DNA of 59,575 nucleotides from Candidatus Aerophobota bacterium. GTDB lineage: Bacteria; Aerophobota; Aerophobia; Aerophobales; JAGGVN01. The stretch is taken from the NCBI GenBank assembly GCA_021158005.1, contig JAGGVN010000075.1, forward strand, positions 1-59,575. Reading direction: 5' to 3'. Below are positions 15,841 through 24,712 of the stretch, piece by piece. Below the pieces are notes generated by a model. It was not told the origin of the DNA, searched no databases, and was given only the letters and a program-made list of their open reading frames with translations. The position numbers and the translations under genes are program-made. Each line of letters begins with the position of its first letter. Position 1 is the stretch's first letter.

Positions 15841-16884
15841 TTATAAGAGAAGTAACCTTCCACCCGGATTAAATTTATCATAAAGAGCCTTTCTTATCTT
15901 TTGTTTTTCCCTATAAGACTTTACATGGTCATAGTCTGACTTTTCCCAGGGTGGTGTCTTAAGAAGTACTTTATCAAAATCAGCTAAAAGCTTTTCTTCG
16001 AATTCTCCTTTATACTTCTGCTGAATGAATATCTTAAATACCTCCGGAAATTTATCCCAGGCTTCTTGTTCTTTACCAGGAGAAGTAGGATAAAAAAGCC
16101 CCTTATTTTTCTTCACAGCCTTTAAATCCCCTTTGCCATCTCCAATCATTAATACATGATCATCTTCATATTTACCTACCTTTTTTGCAACTTCAATATG
16201 GTGTTCTTTTGAACCCATTTCCTGTCCGGCAATGATATAAACATATTTAGCTATTCCCTGATTTTCCCAATAATTTACCAAATCCTGATAAGGTGTCTTA
16301 GAAACAACCATAATATCGGCATATTCACTCATCAACTTCAGAGATTCCTTAACATTCTTAAAAGGAGGAATCTTTGCCGAAATATGGGGAAATGTTCTGT
16401 TAACTGCTTCACTCCACCCAAGGAGTTTATATAATGGAAGAGAGGTTGGATTTTTATTGATAAACTCTTCTAAACTCGGATTCCCCAATCCCAAATTATT
16501 TTCTTTCGCATAGTCAATATAATTATCTATAGGTTTTATATCGGGTAGTTCAACATGTCTTTCACTCAATACTTTTTTAACATCTTCCCTTCCAGCAAGA
16601 GCCTTAAGAGTAAGCTGGATAGCAATAAATCTATTACAACCTCTATTTATAGAAAAGAGATTATAGTATTCGGCAACTTCTCTGAAGAAAGATTCAATCT
16701 TCCAGAGTCCATAAAATTCCATAAACTGAGGATGAAAGATGAGCATCTGTTTCCCATTCATATTATCCGTAATACAACCATCAGTATCAATGGCAACCAA
16801 AAAATCCTTTGTCCTCTTGAAATTTCGAAGTTGTTGTTCAGGGTCTTCCTTTATTTGTTGGTCAGTAAGTCGAGGTAAAGCCAT
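15841..16884 (-). CDS. HAD-superfamily hydrolase (347 aa), specificity unknown
   Basis: Motif I AIDTDGC (DxD), motif II VVSKT, motif IV MIGDGKGD. Has a large cap region. Confidence 0.6.
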   Translation of the reverse strand: MALPRLTDQQIKEDPEQQLRNFKRTKDFLVAIDTDGCITDNMNGKQMLIFHPQFMEFYGLWKIESFFREVAEYYNLFSINRGCNRFIAIQLTLKALAGREDVKKVLSERHVELPDIKPIDNYIDYAKENNLGLGNPSLEEFINKNPTSLPLYKLLGWSEAVNRTFPHISAKIPPFKNVKESLKLMSEYADIMVVSKTPYQDLVNYWENQGIAKYVYIIAGQEMGSKEHHIEVAKKVGKYEDDHVLMIGDGKGDLKAVKKNKGLFYPTSPGKEQEAWDKFPEVFKIFIQQKYKGEFEEKLLADFDKVLLKTPPWEKSDYDHVKSYREKQKIRKALYDKFNPGGRLLLL

Positions 16885-17154
16885 TTTTTTCCTCCTTCCT
16901 TATAATGATAACCTATTCATTATATTATTTTCCAGAATGCCTAAATATTTAGTGAACCACCTATCCCATTATCTAACTTTTTGGCCATCAGAAATAGATT
17001 GAAGCTCTCGGCTATTTATGTTAATAATTTAACACTAACCAGGGAAATAGCTTCCTCATCGCTTTTTTCAAAAAGCTCTAACGGCACCCCTTTGAGGATT
17101 TATCTAATGTTTTATTTATGAATATTTAAATACACTTCAACATAATTAAGTCCA

Positions 17155-17185
17155 CATTAGAAAAAAAATACTTTTTTTTCTAATG
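17155..17185 (-). terminator. Perfect A/T-rich palindromic hairpin downstream of pfp
   Basis: CATTAGAAAAAAAA-TAC-TTTTTTTTCTAATG gives a 14-bp stem with a 3-nt loop, identical on both strands. It lies 57 nt after the pfp stop. Confidence 0.4.
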
Positions 17186-17241
17186 AGAAATAATCCTCCT
17201 TTTTAGAAAGAATCACTGATTATAACTTATTGCTTATTAGT

Positions 17242-18555
17242 TTACCTATACCCTGCGGGTGTATATTTTCCACATAGCTTTGGAGCCCATATTTCCTTAA
17301 ATCTTGCAAATCGAGGAAGTGGTTCTCCAATTAGGGGCATCGCCCAATTTACAAATGCATCAGTTACATCTACTTTGCTTTTTGCAATCCATTCCTTCGG
17401 AAATTCCCTTTCTGAACTTGCCACAGCTTTTAAGGGAACCTTATCATATTTAACCTCGTATTGCTTCTTAGAAACCCTTAGTATAGTTGACATAAAGCCA
17501 TTTTCGCCTCGCAAAGCAAGCTTTGCAGCGTAAGCACCTACCTCGTAAGCCTCCTTACGGTCAACTTCCGATACATAAGCAATCTCACGCCTCTGACGGG
17601 TTCCAGGTCTTTCGGACCTGGCTATTCCTTTAACTACCAATCTGCTTTGAGCTCTTCCTTTCTTATCCTTTCTATCCATCCCATTAAGATAATTAATGAG
17701 CACCTGTTCAACTGTCCTTTCGCAAGCACTAAACTGAGCATGACCAAAACTATCCCGTAATACTCCTAAATCTCCTACCTGGGTCCCTTCACCAATAACG
17801 ACTATACATCTTCCATAATCACTCAATTTTTTATTGACTTCATCTGTTATGAATGCTAAATTAGCCTGCCCATCTTCCTTAGATAAAGCCTCGGGGAGAA
17901 TTATGAGTAAAGGCATTCTCCTTTCAGGGTCTGCCAGTCTCGCTGCCGCCGGTATAAACCCAATTTTCCTACCCATTACTCCAATTACCAAAACAGGGTC
18001 ACTTGTCCAGCTGGCTTTATTTTCTTCGTTTGCCTCCAAAATATTAATAGCTATATTTCTGGCTACACTCCCATAACCAGGATCATGGTCACAAATAGCA
18101 AAGGTCCCATCAGGTTGTAAACCACCCCCTACATCATTATCAATTGTCTTGGGTATCCCTGTGCAAATTAATTCCAAACTATTTTCTCTGGCTAAATTAT
18201 TTATCTTATCAGCTGTCTCCATTGAATCTCCACCACCACAATAAAAGAAATAACCAACATTATGTTTATTAAAGACTTCAACACATCTTTCTAAATCTTC
18301 AGCACTCTTTATTTTATATCTACAGCTACCAATTGTTCCCGCAGAGGGAGTCTCTGTAAGTAATGCTATCTGCTCCGGGTCCTGCGCAGAAATATCTAAT
18401 AATTCCTCATTGAGAATACCGAGGATACCCATCTTCGCTCCGTATATTTTATCTATTTTATCTGAGGTAGTTAACACATCCACTGCCCCCTTTAAACTAT
18501 TATTTATCACCGAAGTAGGTCCTCCTGATTGGGCAATAACCGCATTTTTTTTCAT
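17242..18555 (-). CDS. pfp: Pyrophosphate-dependent 6-phosphofructokinase (diphosphate--fructose-6-phosphate 1-phosphotransferase)
   Basis: PFK fold with GGGDS (Asp at the position equivalent to E. coli PfkA Gly104) and PKTIDND (Lys at the Gly124 position). These are the two classic PPi-specificity substitutions. Confidence 0.85.
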   Translation of the reverse strand: MKKNAVIAQSGGPTSVINNSLKGAVDVLTTSDKIDKIYGAKMGILGILNEELLDISAQDPEQIALLTETPSAGTIGSCRYKIKSAEDLERCVEVFNKHNVGYFFYCGGGDSMETADKINNLARENSLELICTGIPKTIDNDVGGGLQPDGTFAICDHDPGYGSVARNIAINILEANEENKASWTSDPVLVIGVMGRKIGFIPAAARLADPERRMPLLIILPEALSKEDGQANLAFITDEVNKKLSDYGRCIVVIGEGTQVGDLGVLRDSFGHAQFSACERTVEQVLINYLNGMDRKDKKGRAQSRLVVKGIARSERPGTRQRREIAYVSEVDRKEAYEVGAYAAKLALRGENGFMSTILRVSKKQYEVKYDKVPLKAVASSEREFPKEWIAKSKVDVTDAFVNWAMPLIGEPLPRFARFKEIWAPKLCGKYTPAGYR

Positions 18556-18608
18556 TATACTCCTCCTTGATAGTAAATAACGAGTAACAGTTATTCTCTA
18601 TTTGCCTT

Positions 18609-19895
18609 TTATAGATTAGTTTTGATATCATAAAGATATTTTCCACCATTTGGAATCCAAAGTTTTTTTGACCCCCTAAAATCCTCTTTACGAATCGAGG
18701 CCGGATCTCTATAGGCCAGTCCAACTGCTCTACATACCTCTTCTGGAATTCCTGTAGCAAGTGTTACTTTAAAATTAAACTTTTCTTCTCCTGTTGCTGA
18801 ATTATAGACTCCCGGTCCTCTTACATTAATAACATGAGCAGCTACATTTCTATTAAATCCCGGGTTTGATCTCAAATATTCTTTCACATAATCTTTAGAA
18901 TGATAGCCTATTCGTTTTATAGCTATATCCATTTTGGGGTTCGAATGAAAACAGTTAATATGGGGTGCATAAATAATTATCTCACCCTCATTCGCTATTA
19001 CTCCCTGCCTCTGTAGTTTATAGGAGCCCTTTCCAGCTGTCCAGATTTCATCATAATCTTTGCTAATAACCTGAACAGCAACTTCAAGGGGCTCATCAAC
19101 ATAAATGATATGTAATTTAGAACTCGCCCTGGCTGCTTCTTCATAAACAGCAATAAATTCGTCAAAACCAACTCCTGTATAAAGTCCCTTTGGCTTTACC
19201 TCTAAATCTTTCTCTTCAAAAACCATATTAAAGGAGACTACAGGAGCTTTTATCTTTTGAAATACGTGATAAGACCCCTCATTTATAACATCCCTGGCAG
19301 GATTATTAATAGAGCCAATTATTTTAGGAACACCGATGAGGACAGCAGTCCAATGGAATAAATCTATTACCTCCGGACCAGAAATACCCGGGAAAAAAGA
19401 CTTCAACCCCCCGGAATAGCCACTCGCTTCATGGGGCACCGTTCCACTGAGCACAATAATTAAATCATAATCACCCATAATCAGCTTGTTTATAGTAATG
19501 GGAATTGATTGTCGTAATTCTCCTTCTGTCTTTTTCGCCACAAAGGAAGCGGGAACTTCACCTACCGTAATCAGTTGATGAGGATTATCATATTCATGAT
19601 TGTAAAATTTAGTAAAATTAATTTTCCCCCGAATCCCTAATTTGGCACAAATTTCTTCCTCTCTCATCCTTCTATGAGTGCCACTTGCGTTTAAGGAATG
19701 TATTTCCTGCATACCTTTACTTTTAAGTTCTCTGTAAATAAGAGGCACTAACCGGTGAGAAAAATCTCTTCTTGTATAATCAGGATGTATCAAAAGAACT
19801 TTTTTTACCCTCTTAAAACCCTTTAAAGTTTCACTGACAACTCCATTTAGCTCATTACCGGTTAGTTCTCCTCCAAGATTTTCTACGGATAACAC
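18609..19895 (-). CDS. LarA-family (nickel-pincer-dependent 2-hydroxyacid racemase/epimerase-like, DUF2088) protein
   Basis: HPDYTR, ASGTHRRM and PHEASGYSGGLKSFFPG resemble the LarA motifs, including the GG-x-K cofactor-tethering lysine context. Uses a GTG start at 19895. Confidence 0.75.
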   Translation of the reverse strand: MLSVENLGGELTGNELNGVVSETLKGFKRVKKVLLIHPDYTRRDFSHRLVPLIYRELKSKGMQEIHSLNASGTHRRMREEEICAKLGIRGKINFTKFYNHEYDNPHQLITVGEVPASFVAKKTEGELRQSIPITINKLIMGDYDLIIVLSGTVPHEASGYSGGLKSFFPGISGPEVIDLFHWTAVLIGVPKIIGSINNPARDVINEGSYHVFQKIKAPVVSFNMVFEEKDLEVKPKGLYTGVGFDEFIAVYEEAARASSKLHIIYVDEPLEVAVQVISKDYDEIWTAGKGSYKLQRQGVIANEGEIIIYAPHINCFHSNPKMDIAIKRIGYHSKDYVKEYLRSNPGFNRNVAAHVINVRGPGVYNSATGEEKFNFKVTLATGIPEEVCRAVGLAYRDPASIRKEDFRGSKKLWIPNGGKYLYDIKTNL

Positions 19896-19904
19896 AAATA
19901 TACC

Positions 19905-21338
19905 TCACTTTCTTTGTTCTGGTCGTCCTTCTTGCGTCCATAATGTGTGGTAAGTTCCCAATTCATCAAATCTCTCATAAGTATGTGCACCAAAGAAATC
20001 TCTCATTGCCTGTATAAGACTCGCCGTGGGCAAAATCTTCGCTCTATAGCTATCAAAATAGCTTATTGACTGGCTTAAAACAGGAACAGGTATCCCGCAG
20101 CTAATTGCAGTTCGCACTACATACCTTAAACTTGAGACTTCGCTATTGAGCATCTTGCTAAACTGGGGTGCAATCATTAAATTGGCTAAATGGGGACTTT
20201 CAGTAAATGCTTCTTCTATTAAAGGAAGTAATTTCGACCTGATAATACAACCCCCTCTCCATATATGAGCAATCTCATCTGGCTTAAGATTATAGTTATA
20301 CTCTTTCGAACCGGCTTTTATCAAGGCAAAACCCTGCGCATATGCCATTATTATTGAAAGACTTAACCCCTTGCGCATATGTTCGATAAATTCCTCCTTA
20401 TCTCCTTCATATCTTAAATGAGGACCTTTTAGGATAGATGAAGCAGAAATTCTTTCGTCCCTGTATGCTGAAATGATTCTTGCTAGCAGTGCTGCGCTAA
20501 TGGAGTGAACTGGAACTCCTAAATCATAAGCTTCCTGAGAGGTCCACTTGCCTGTTCCCTTATGTTTTGCCGTATCCTTGATTACTTCAATAATAGGTTT
20601 ACCTGTCTTATGGTCTTTTGTTCCCAGTATTTCTGTGGTGATTTCCATTAGATAACCACTTATTATTTCCTCTTCTGTCCATTTTCGAAAATGATTATGT
20701 ATTCTTTCCACTTCCAACCCAAGACCCTCTTTTAGAAGATGATAGGTTTCTGCAATTGTTTGCATAATAGCATACTCAATCCCGTTATGCACCATTTTTA
20801 CAAAATGGCCGGCACCCCCAGGACCAATATATGCACAACAAGGCTCTGTATCGACCTTGGCAGCAATTGCTTTAAGAATTGACTCCACAGCATCGTAAGC
20901 CTTTTTATCCCCACCCGGCATTATACAAGGGCCTTTCAAAGCACCCTCTTCTCCTCCGCTAATTCCAGTGCCTATAAAGATAACCCCATTATTTTTTGCT
21001 TCCTTCACTCTTCTTTCAGTATCCTTAAAATGAGAGTTACCTCCTTCAATAAGAATATCACCCGGGGATAAATATTTCGATACAATTTTCAAGACCTCAT
21101 CTACTCTTGAAGCAGGAACCATAACCCAAAAGGCCTTTGTTCCTTTAAAGCAATTCACTAAAGCCTCAAGAGAATCAACGACTTTTAATCCTTGTTCTAT
21201 AGCTTTATTTCTCGCCTTTGCATCAACATCATAACCAATGACTTCGATATTTTTATCCATCATATTTAATGATAAATTTTTCCCCATTGGACCTAAACCA
21301 ATCATTCCGATTTTTTTCACTGTCATTTTATCCTCCAA
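19905..21338 (-). CDS. gnd: 6-phosphogluconate dehydrogenase, decarboxylating
   Basis: IGMIGLGPMGKNLSLNM Rossmann start, GISGGEEGALKGPCIMPGG, HFVKMVHNGIEYAIMQ, IWRGGCIIRS. The true start may be the internal MTVKK (21326). Confidence 0.95.
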   Translation of the reverse strand: MEDKMTVKKIGMIGLGPMGKNLSLNMMDKNIEVIGYDVDAKARNKAIEQGLKVVDSLEALVNCFKGTKAFWVMVPASRVDEVLKIVSKYLSPGDILIEGGNSHFKDTERRVKEAKNNGVIFIGTGISGGEEGALKGPCIMPGGDKKAYDAVESILKAIAAKVDTEPCCAYIGPGGAGHFVKMVHNGIEYAIMQTIAETYHLLKEGLGLEVERIHNHFRKWTEEEIISGYLMEITTEILGTKDHKTGKPIIEVIKDTAKHKGTGKWTSQEAYDLGVPVHSISAALLARIISAYRDERISASSILKGPHLRYEGDKEEFIEHMRKGLSLSIIMAYAQGFALIKAGSKEYNYNLKPDEIAHIWRGGCIIRSKLLPLIEEAFTESPHLANLMIAPQFSKMLNSEVSSLRYVVRTAISCGIPVPVLSQSISYFDSYRAKILPTASLIQAMRDFFGAHTYERFDELGTYHTLWTQEGRPEQRK

Positions 21339-21487
21339 TTAATTGCCGTAAATATTCAATCAATTATATATCTTTCTTCTTTCCTGAAAAAATCTCAATT
21401 TGAAGCCCTTTTAGGAACTTATTAATTTAATTCTATTTGTCTCTCTCCTATATCAAAATATCAGGATAAACCTCTACTAAAAAATTG

Positions 21488-22504
21488 TCATAACAATTTA
21501 TTATAATTCTTCGGTTTCCGCTTTTCCCAATTTCTTTTATGATAAGCAAAACTGGCTATTAAAGGGAAGGCTATGGTAGCTTCTGAAAACACCATTTGCT
21601 CAAACCCTTCATCTACTTTACCCCAGGAATGTGCTTCCTTTAATGTAGAACCTGATAAGGCTCCATCTCTTTCATCGGCAACTGTAATTTGAATTGCGTA
21701 TTTATGCATATTAACTTTTTTATTAAGAATTTCTGCAGCAACAGTTACATCCTGGGCAAAGTTTTTGGGAACCCCACCTCCTACCATAACCAATCCTGTC
21801 TCTTTTGCAATAATTTTTATTTTGGTTAACTCTAAAAAATCTTTTACCGAGTCAATAGAAACCCGAGGCTTATTTTTTCTCTCCCATTGATGATATATAA
21901 GACCAAAACCGGCGCTACAATCGGAGAAAGCAGGGACAAAAATAGGGACATTTTTTTTATAGGCTATAAAAACAACGGATTGCGGATTCTTTGCATTCTC
22001 TTCCAGATATCTACCCATTTCCTTTATAAATTCTCTGGAAGAATAAGGACGAGGAGATAAATTATCAGCAATTTCGGCTACTACCCTATCGCATATCTTC
22101 AACTGGTCTTCATCAATAAAAGTATCGTAAATTCTATCTATTCTCTTCCTTACCAGTTCATTATCCTCTACAAAAGGACTACCCTTATAGTGTTTAAATC
22201 CCAAGGCTTCAAAAAAATCCTGATCAACAATAATCGCTCCCGAAGAGACAACTACATCAACCATATTGTAATTAATTAAATCGTATACTACTTTTTTTAA
22301 ACCCGCGCTAAAAAGAGAACCTGCAAGACACAATATAATGGTACAATTCTCATCGGAAAGCATAGCATCATATATCTTAGAAGCCCGGGCAAGATTTCTT
22401 GCCTGAAAAGCCATATTCTCAAAAGATTCAATTAAAGAAATAGAATTAAAATTCTTTATATCAATATGTTTAATTTCCTCTCTTAAAAAATCCTCTTTCT
22501 TCAT
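21488..22504 (-). CDS. Deoxyhypusine synthase-like (DHS / homospermidine-synthase-like) NAD-dependent enzyme
   Basis: VGGGVPKNF, DGALSGS and KEAHSWGKV match eukaryotic DHS GGGVPKN, DGSDSGA and EAVSWGK (catalytic Lys context). Confidence 0.85.
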   Translation of the reverse strand: MKKEDFLREEIKHIDIKNFNSISLIESFENMAFQARNLARASKIYDAMLSDENCTIILCLAGSLFSAGLKKVVYDLINYNMVDVVVSSGAIIVDQDFFEALGFKHYKGSPFVEDNELVRKRIDRIYDTFIDEDQLKICDRVVAEIADNLSPRPYSSREFIKEMGRYLEENAKNPQSVVFIAYKKNVPIFVPAFSDCSAGFGLIYHQWERKNKPRVSIDSVKDFLELTKIKIIAKETGLVMVGGGVPKNFAQDVTVAAEILNKKVNMHKYAIQITVADERDGALSGSTLKEAHSWGKVDEGFEQMVFSEATIAFPLIASFAYHKRNWEKRKPKNYNKLL

Positions 22505-22509
22505 TAGTT

Positions 22510-23277
22510 TTAAGAAACATCCAGCATCTTCTTAACATTCTCTAAACTAATTTTTAAACTTTCTAAGGGAGGACGCTGACAAATATCCTGCTCTATTATA
22601 TACCATCTTGTCCCTGCTTCTTTACAAGCAGAAATTATCGCTTCCCAGTTTAAATTACCTTCGCCTACTTCCATCATTATTTGTTTATTATCTTTTATCC
22701 CCATATCTTTAAGATGAACAAGAGGAAGTCTATTCTTAAGTCGCAAACACCACTTTGCCGGGTCCCCTCCTCCGTATTGCACCCAGTAAGTGTCAATTTC
22801 TCCCTGAAGATATTCACCATCACTCTCATCATATAAAATCTCAAGACCTATGCGAGACCCAAATTTCTCAAATTCAAAACTATGATTATGATAAGTAAGA
22901 GTAATCCCTGCTTCTTTAAGTTTCTTACCAATTCTCGTTAACTCCTCCGCTGCTCTTTTGAAACCTTCTTCACTATGATATTTATCGGGAAGGTAAGGAC
23001 AGGCAGTATATTCAGATTTTAAAATCTTATGTTCCTCTATTACTTTCTCTATTTCCTCAAAAAGCTTATCCATAGAGGTATGCGTGGCACAAACTTTCAG
23101 CCCTTCACCATCAAGTATTTTTTTAAGCTCACGAGGATGAATTGGCCCTAATCCAGAAAGCTGAACAGCATCATACCCAATCTTTTTTACTTCCCTTAAT
23201 GTAGAAGCTATCTCCCGAGGAGTCTTTAGCCTCTCCCTTACGGTATAAAGTTGAGCGGCAATGATTGTTTTTGACAT
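22510..23277 (-). CDS. Sugar phosphate isomerase/epimerase (xylose-isomerase-like TIM barrel)
   Basis: 255-aa AP-endonuclease-2/xylose-isomerase-like TIM pattern (GYDAVQLSG, HNHSFEF, VHLKD, IIEQD). Confidence 0.75.
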   Translation of the reverse strand: MSKTIIAAQLYTVRERLKTPREIASTLREVKKIGYDAVQLSGLGPIHPRELKKILDGEGLKVCATHTSMDKLFEEIEKVIEEHKILKSEYTACPYLPDKYHSEEGFKRAAEELTRIGKKLKEAGITLTYHNHSFEFEKFGSRIGLEILYDESDGEYLQGEIDTYWVQYGGGDPAKWCLRLKNRLPLVHLKDMGIKDNKQIMMEVGEGNLNWEAIISACKEAGTRWYIIEQDICQRPPLESLKISLENVKKMLDVS

Positions 23278-23402
23278 TTTTCCTTCTCCCTTATATATTT
23301 TTTATGAATTTTCGCAAATTACTACTATAATTTTTGCTTTTTGGGAATTATCTTACTTTAGAAATTCAGAAATGTCAAGGAATATTTAATTTATTAATAA
23401 AT

Positions 23403-23430
23403 TTGACATATCTTTTATTTCCTATATAAT
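23403..23430 (+). promoter_or_regulatory. Sigma70-like promoter for the NDK-fusion gene
   Basis: TTGACA (23403-23408), 16-nt spacer, TATAAT (23425-23430). Lies ~75 nt upstream of ATG 23507, which is preceded by an AAGGAG SD. Confidence 0.45.
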
Positions 23431-23506
23431 AAATATCAAAAAGAGATTATTTCTATTTTTTGTGGTAAATTTCGGTTAGGTTCTTTCCTTCCTCAAGGAG
23501 TTTAAG

Positions 23507-24676
23507 ATGGCTAAAGAATTAGCTTATGTTCTCATAAATCCCTACACTATCCGCAAGTCTCGAACGGGTGGAGTAATCAATCGCCTTCTCTCCTGGGGAA
23601 ATGTAAGTCTTACCGCAGCAAGAATGTTTGCTCCCAGTAAGGAATTAGTAAAAGAATATGCTGAGGCTCTTTCCTCTTCTTTTAAATCCTCGGATAAAAA
23701 AGAAAAAAAAGTTTTAGAAGAAATAAAAAAATATCTTTTTACTAACTATTTTTCGCAAAAGGAGAGTAATTATAAACCGCGGGTAATGCTTCTTCTCTTT
23801 GAGGGGGAAAATGCTATTGAAGAATTAAAGAGAGTAGTAGGACATATCACCAGAGTATCTCAGGGAGAAACTATCCGAGGAACTTATGGAGACTACATAG
23901 AAGAAGAAGGGGAAATAAAATATTTTGAACCCGCAGTGCTCATCGGAACGGATAGAAAAGGAACAGAAAAAGAAATCAAAGTTTGGGCTAAATATTCCCA
24001 GAGCGATGGAGGACTTTTAAAAAAAGTAATTCATTATCCACCGGGCATAAAGCCGCAGAGAACCTTAGTCATTATAAAACCGGATAGTCTCCAGGAACTT
24101 AGTTCTCAGGCGGGAAATATTATAGATAGATTTTCTCAAACGGGGCTCTTCATTGTGGGAGTAAGAGTGATTTATATGAAAATAGAGGAAGCAGAAGAGT
24201 TTTATGGACCGATAAAAGAAAAATTAGTAGAGAAATTAAAACCTGAATTATCACACCAGATACACTCCTGCCTTCAAAAATCTCTTGATTTTAAATTTCC
24301 TCAAAATATTATTAATAAAATAACTGAAGAACTCAAAACATACAAAGCAGAACATGAATTTAACAAAATTATAAAGTTTATTACTGGAAGAGATCCTCAA
24401 AAAAAGGAAGAACGAGGTAAAGAAGGAAAAGAAAAGTGCTTAGCTTTAGTCTACGAAGGAGAAAATGCTGTTCGTAAAATCAGAAGAGTATTAGGAGAAA
24501 CTAATCCGCTGGAAGCGGCTCCCGGGACCGTGCGTAAGGATTTTGGCCATGATGTTATAAAGAACGGAGCTCATGCTTCTGATTCTCCCGAAGCCGCAGA
24601 AAGAGAAATGAAAATCATCAAAGTAGATAAGGATGATATAAAAAGAATAGTAGAGAAATATTACGGAAAGATTTAA
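23507..24676 (+). CDS. Tandem nucleoside-diphosphate-kinase-fold protein: degenerate N-terminal NDK domain plus catalytic C-terminal NDK domain
   Basis: Half 1: YVLINPY, RVMLLLFEGENAIEELKRVVG, ETIRGTYG, but AVLIGTD where NxxHGSD is expected. Half 2: TLVIIKPDS, CLALVYEGENAVRKIRRVLGETNP, PGTVRKDFG, NGAHASDSPEAAEREMKI (catalytic His present). Confidence 0.75.
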   Translation: MAKELAYVLINPYTIRKSRTGGVINRLLSWGNVSLTAARMFAPSKELVKEYAEALSSSFKSSDKKEKKVLEEIKKYLFTNYFSQKESNYKPRVMLLLFEGENAIEELKRVVGHITRVSQGETIRGTYGDYIEEEGEIKYFEPAVLIGTDRKGTEKEIKVWAKYSQSDGGLLKKVIHYPPGIKPQRTLVIIKPDSLQELSSQAGNIIDRFSQTGLFIVGVRVIYMKIEEAEEFYGPIKEKLVEKLKPELSHQIHSCLQKSLDFKFPQNIINKITEELKTYKAEHEFNKIIKFITGRDPQKKEERGKEGKEKCLALVYEGENAVRKIRRVLGETNPLEAAPGTVRKDFGHDVIKNGAHASDSPEAAEREMKIIKVDKDDIKRIVEKYYGKI

Positions 24677-24712
24677 TAAATAGAAAAAAGCGTATTGAAA
24701 AGAATAGTTTTC

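Noticed and set aside
18500-18760. 86-aa minus-strand ORF overlapping the 3' end of the LarA-like gene and the 5' end of pfp
   Set aside because: It overlaps two well-supported genes in alternative frames and has no recognisable motif or SD. It is most likely a chance ORF.
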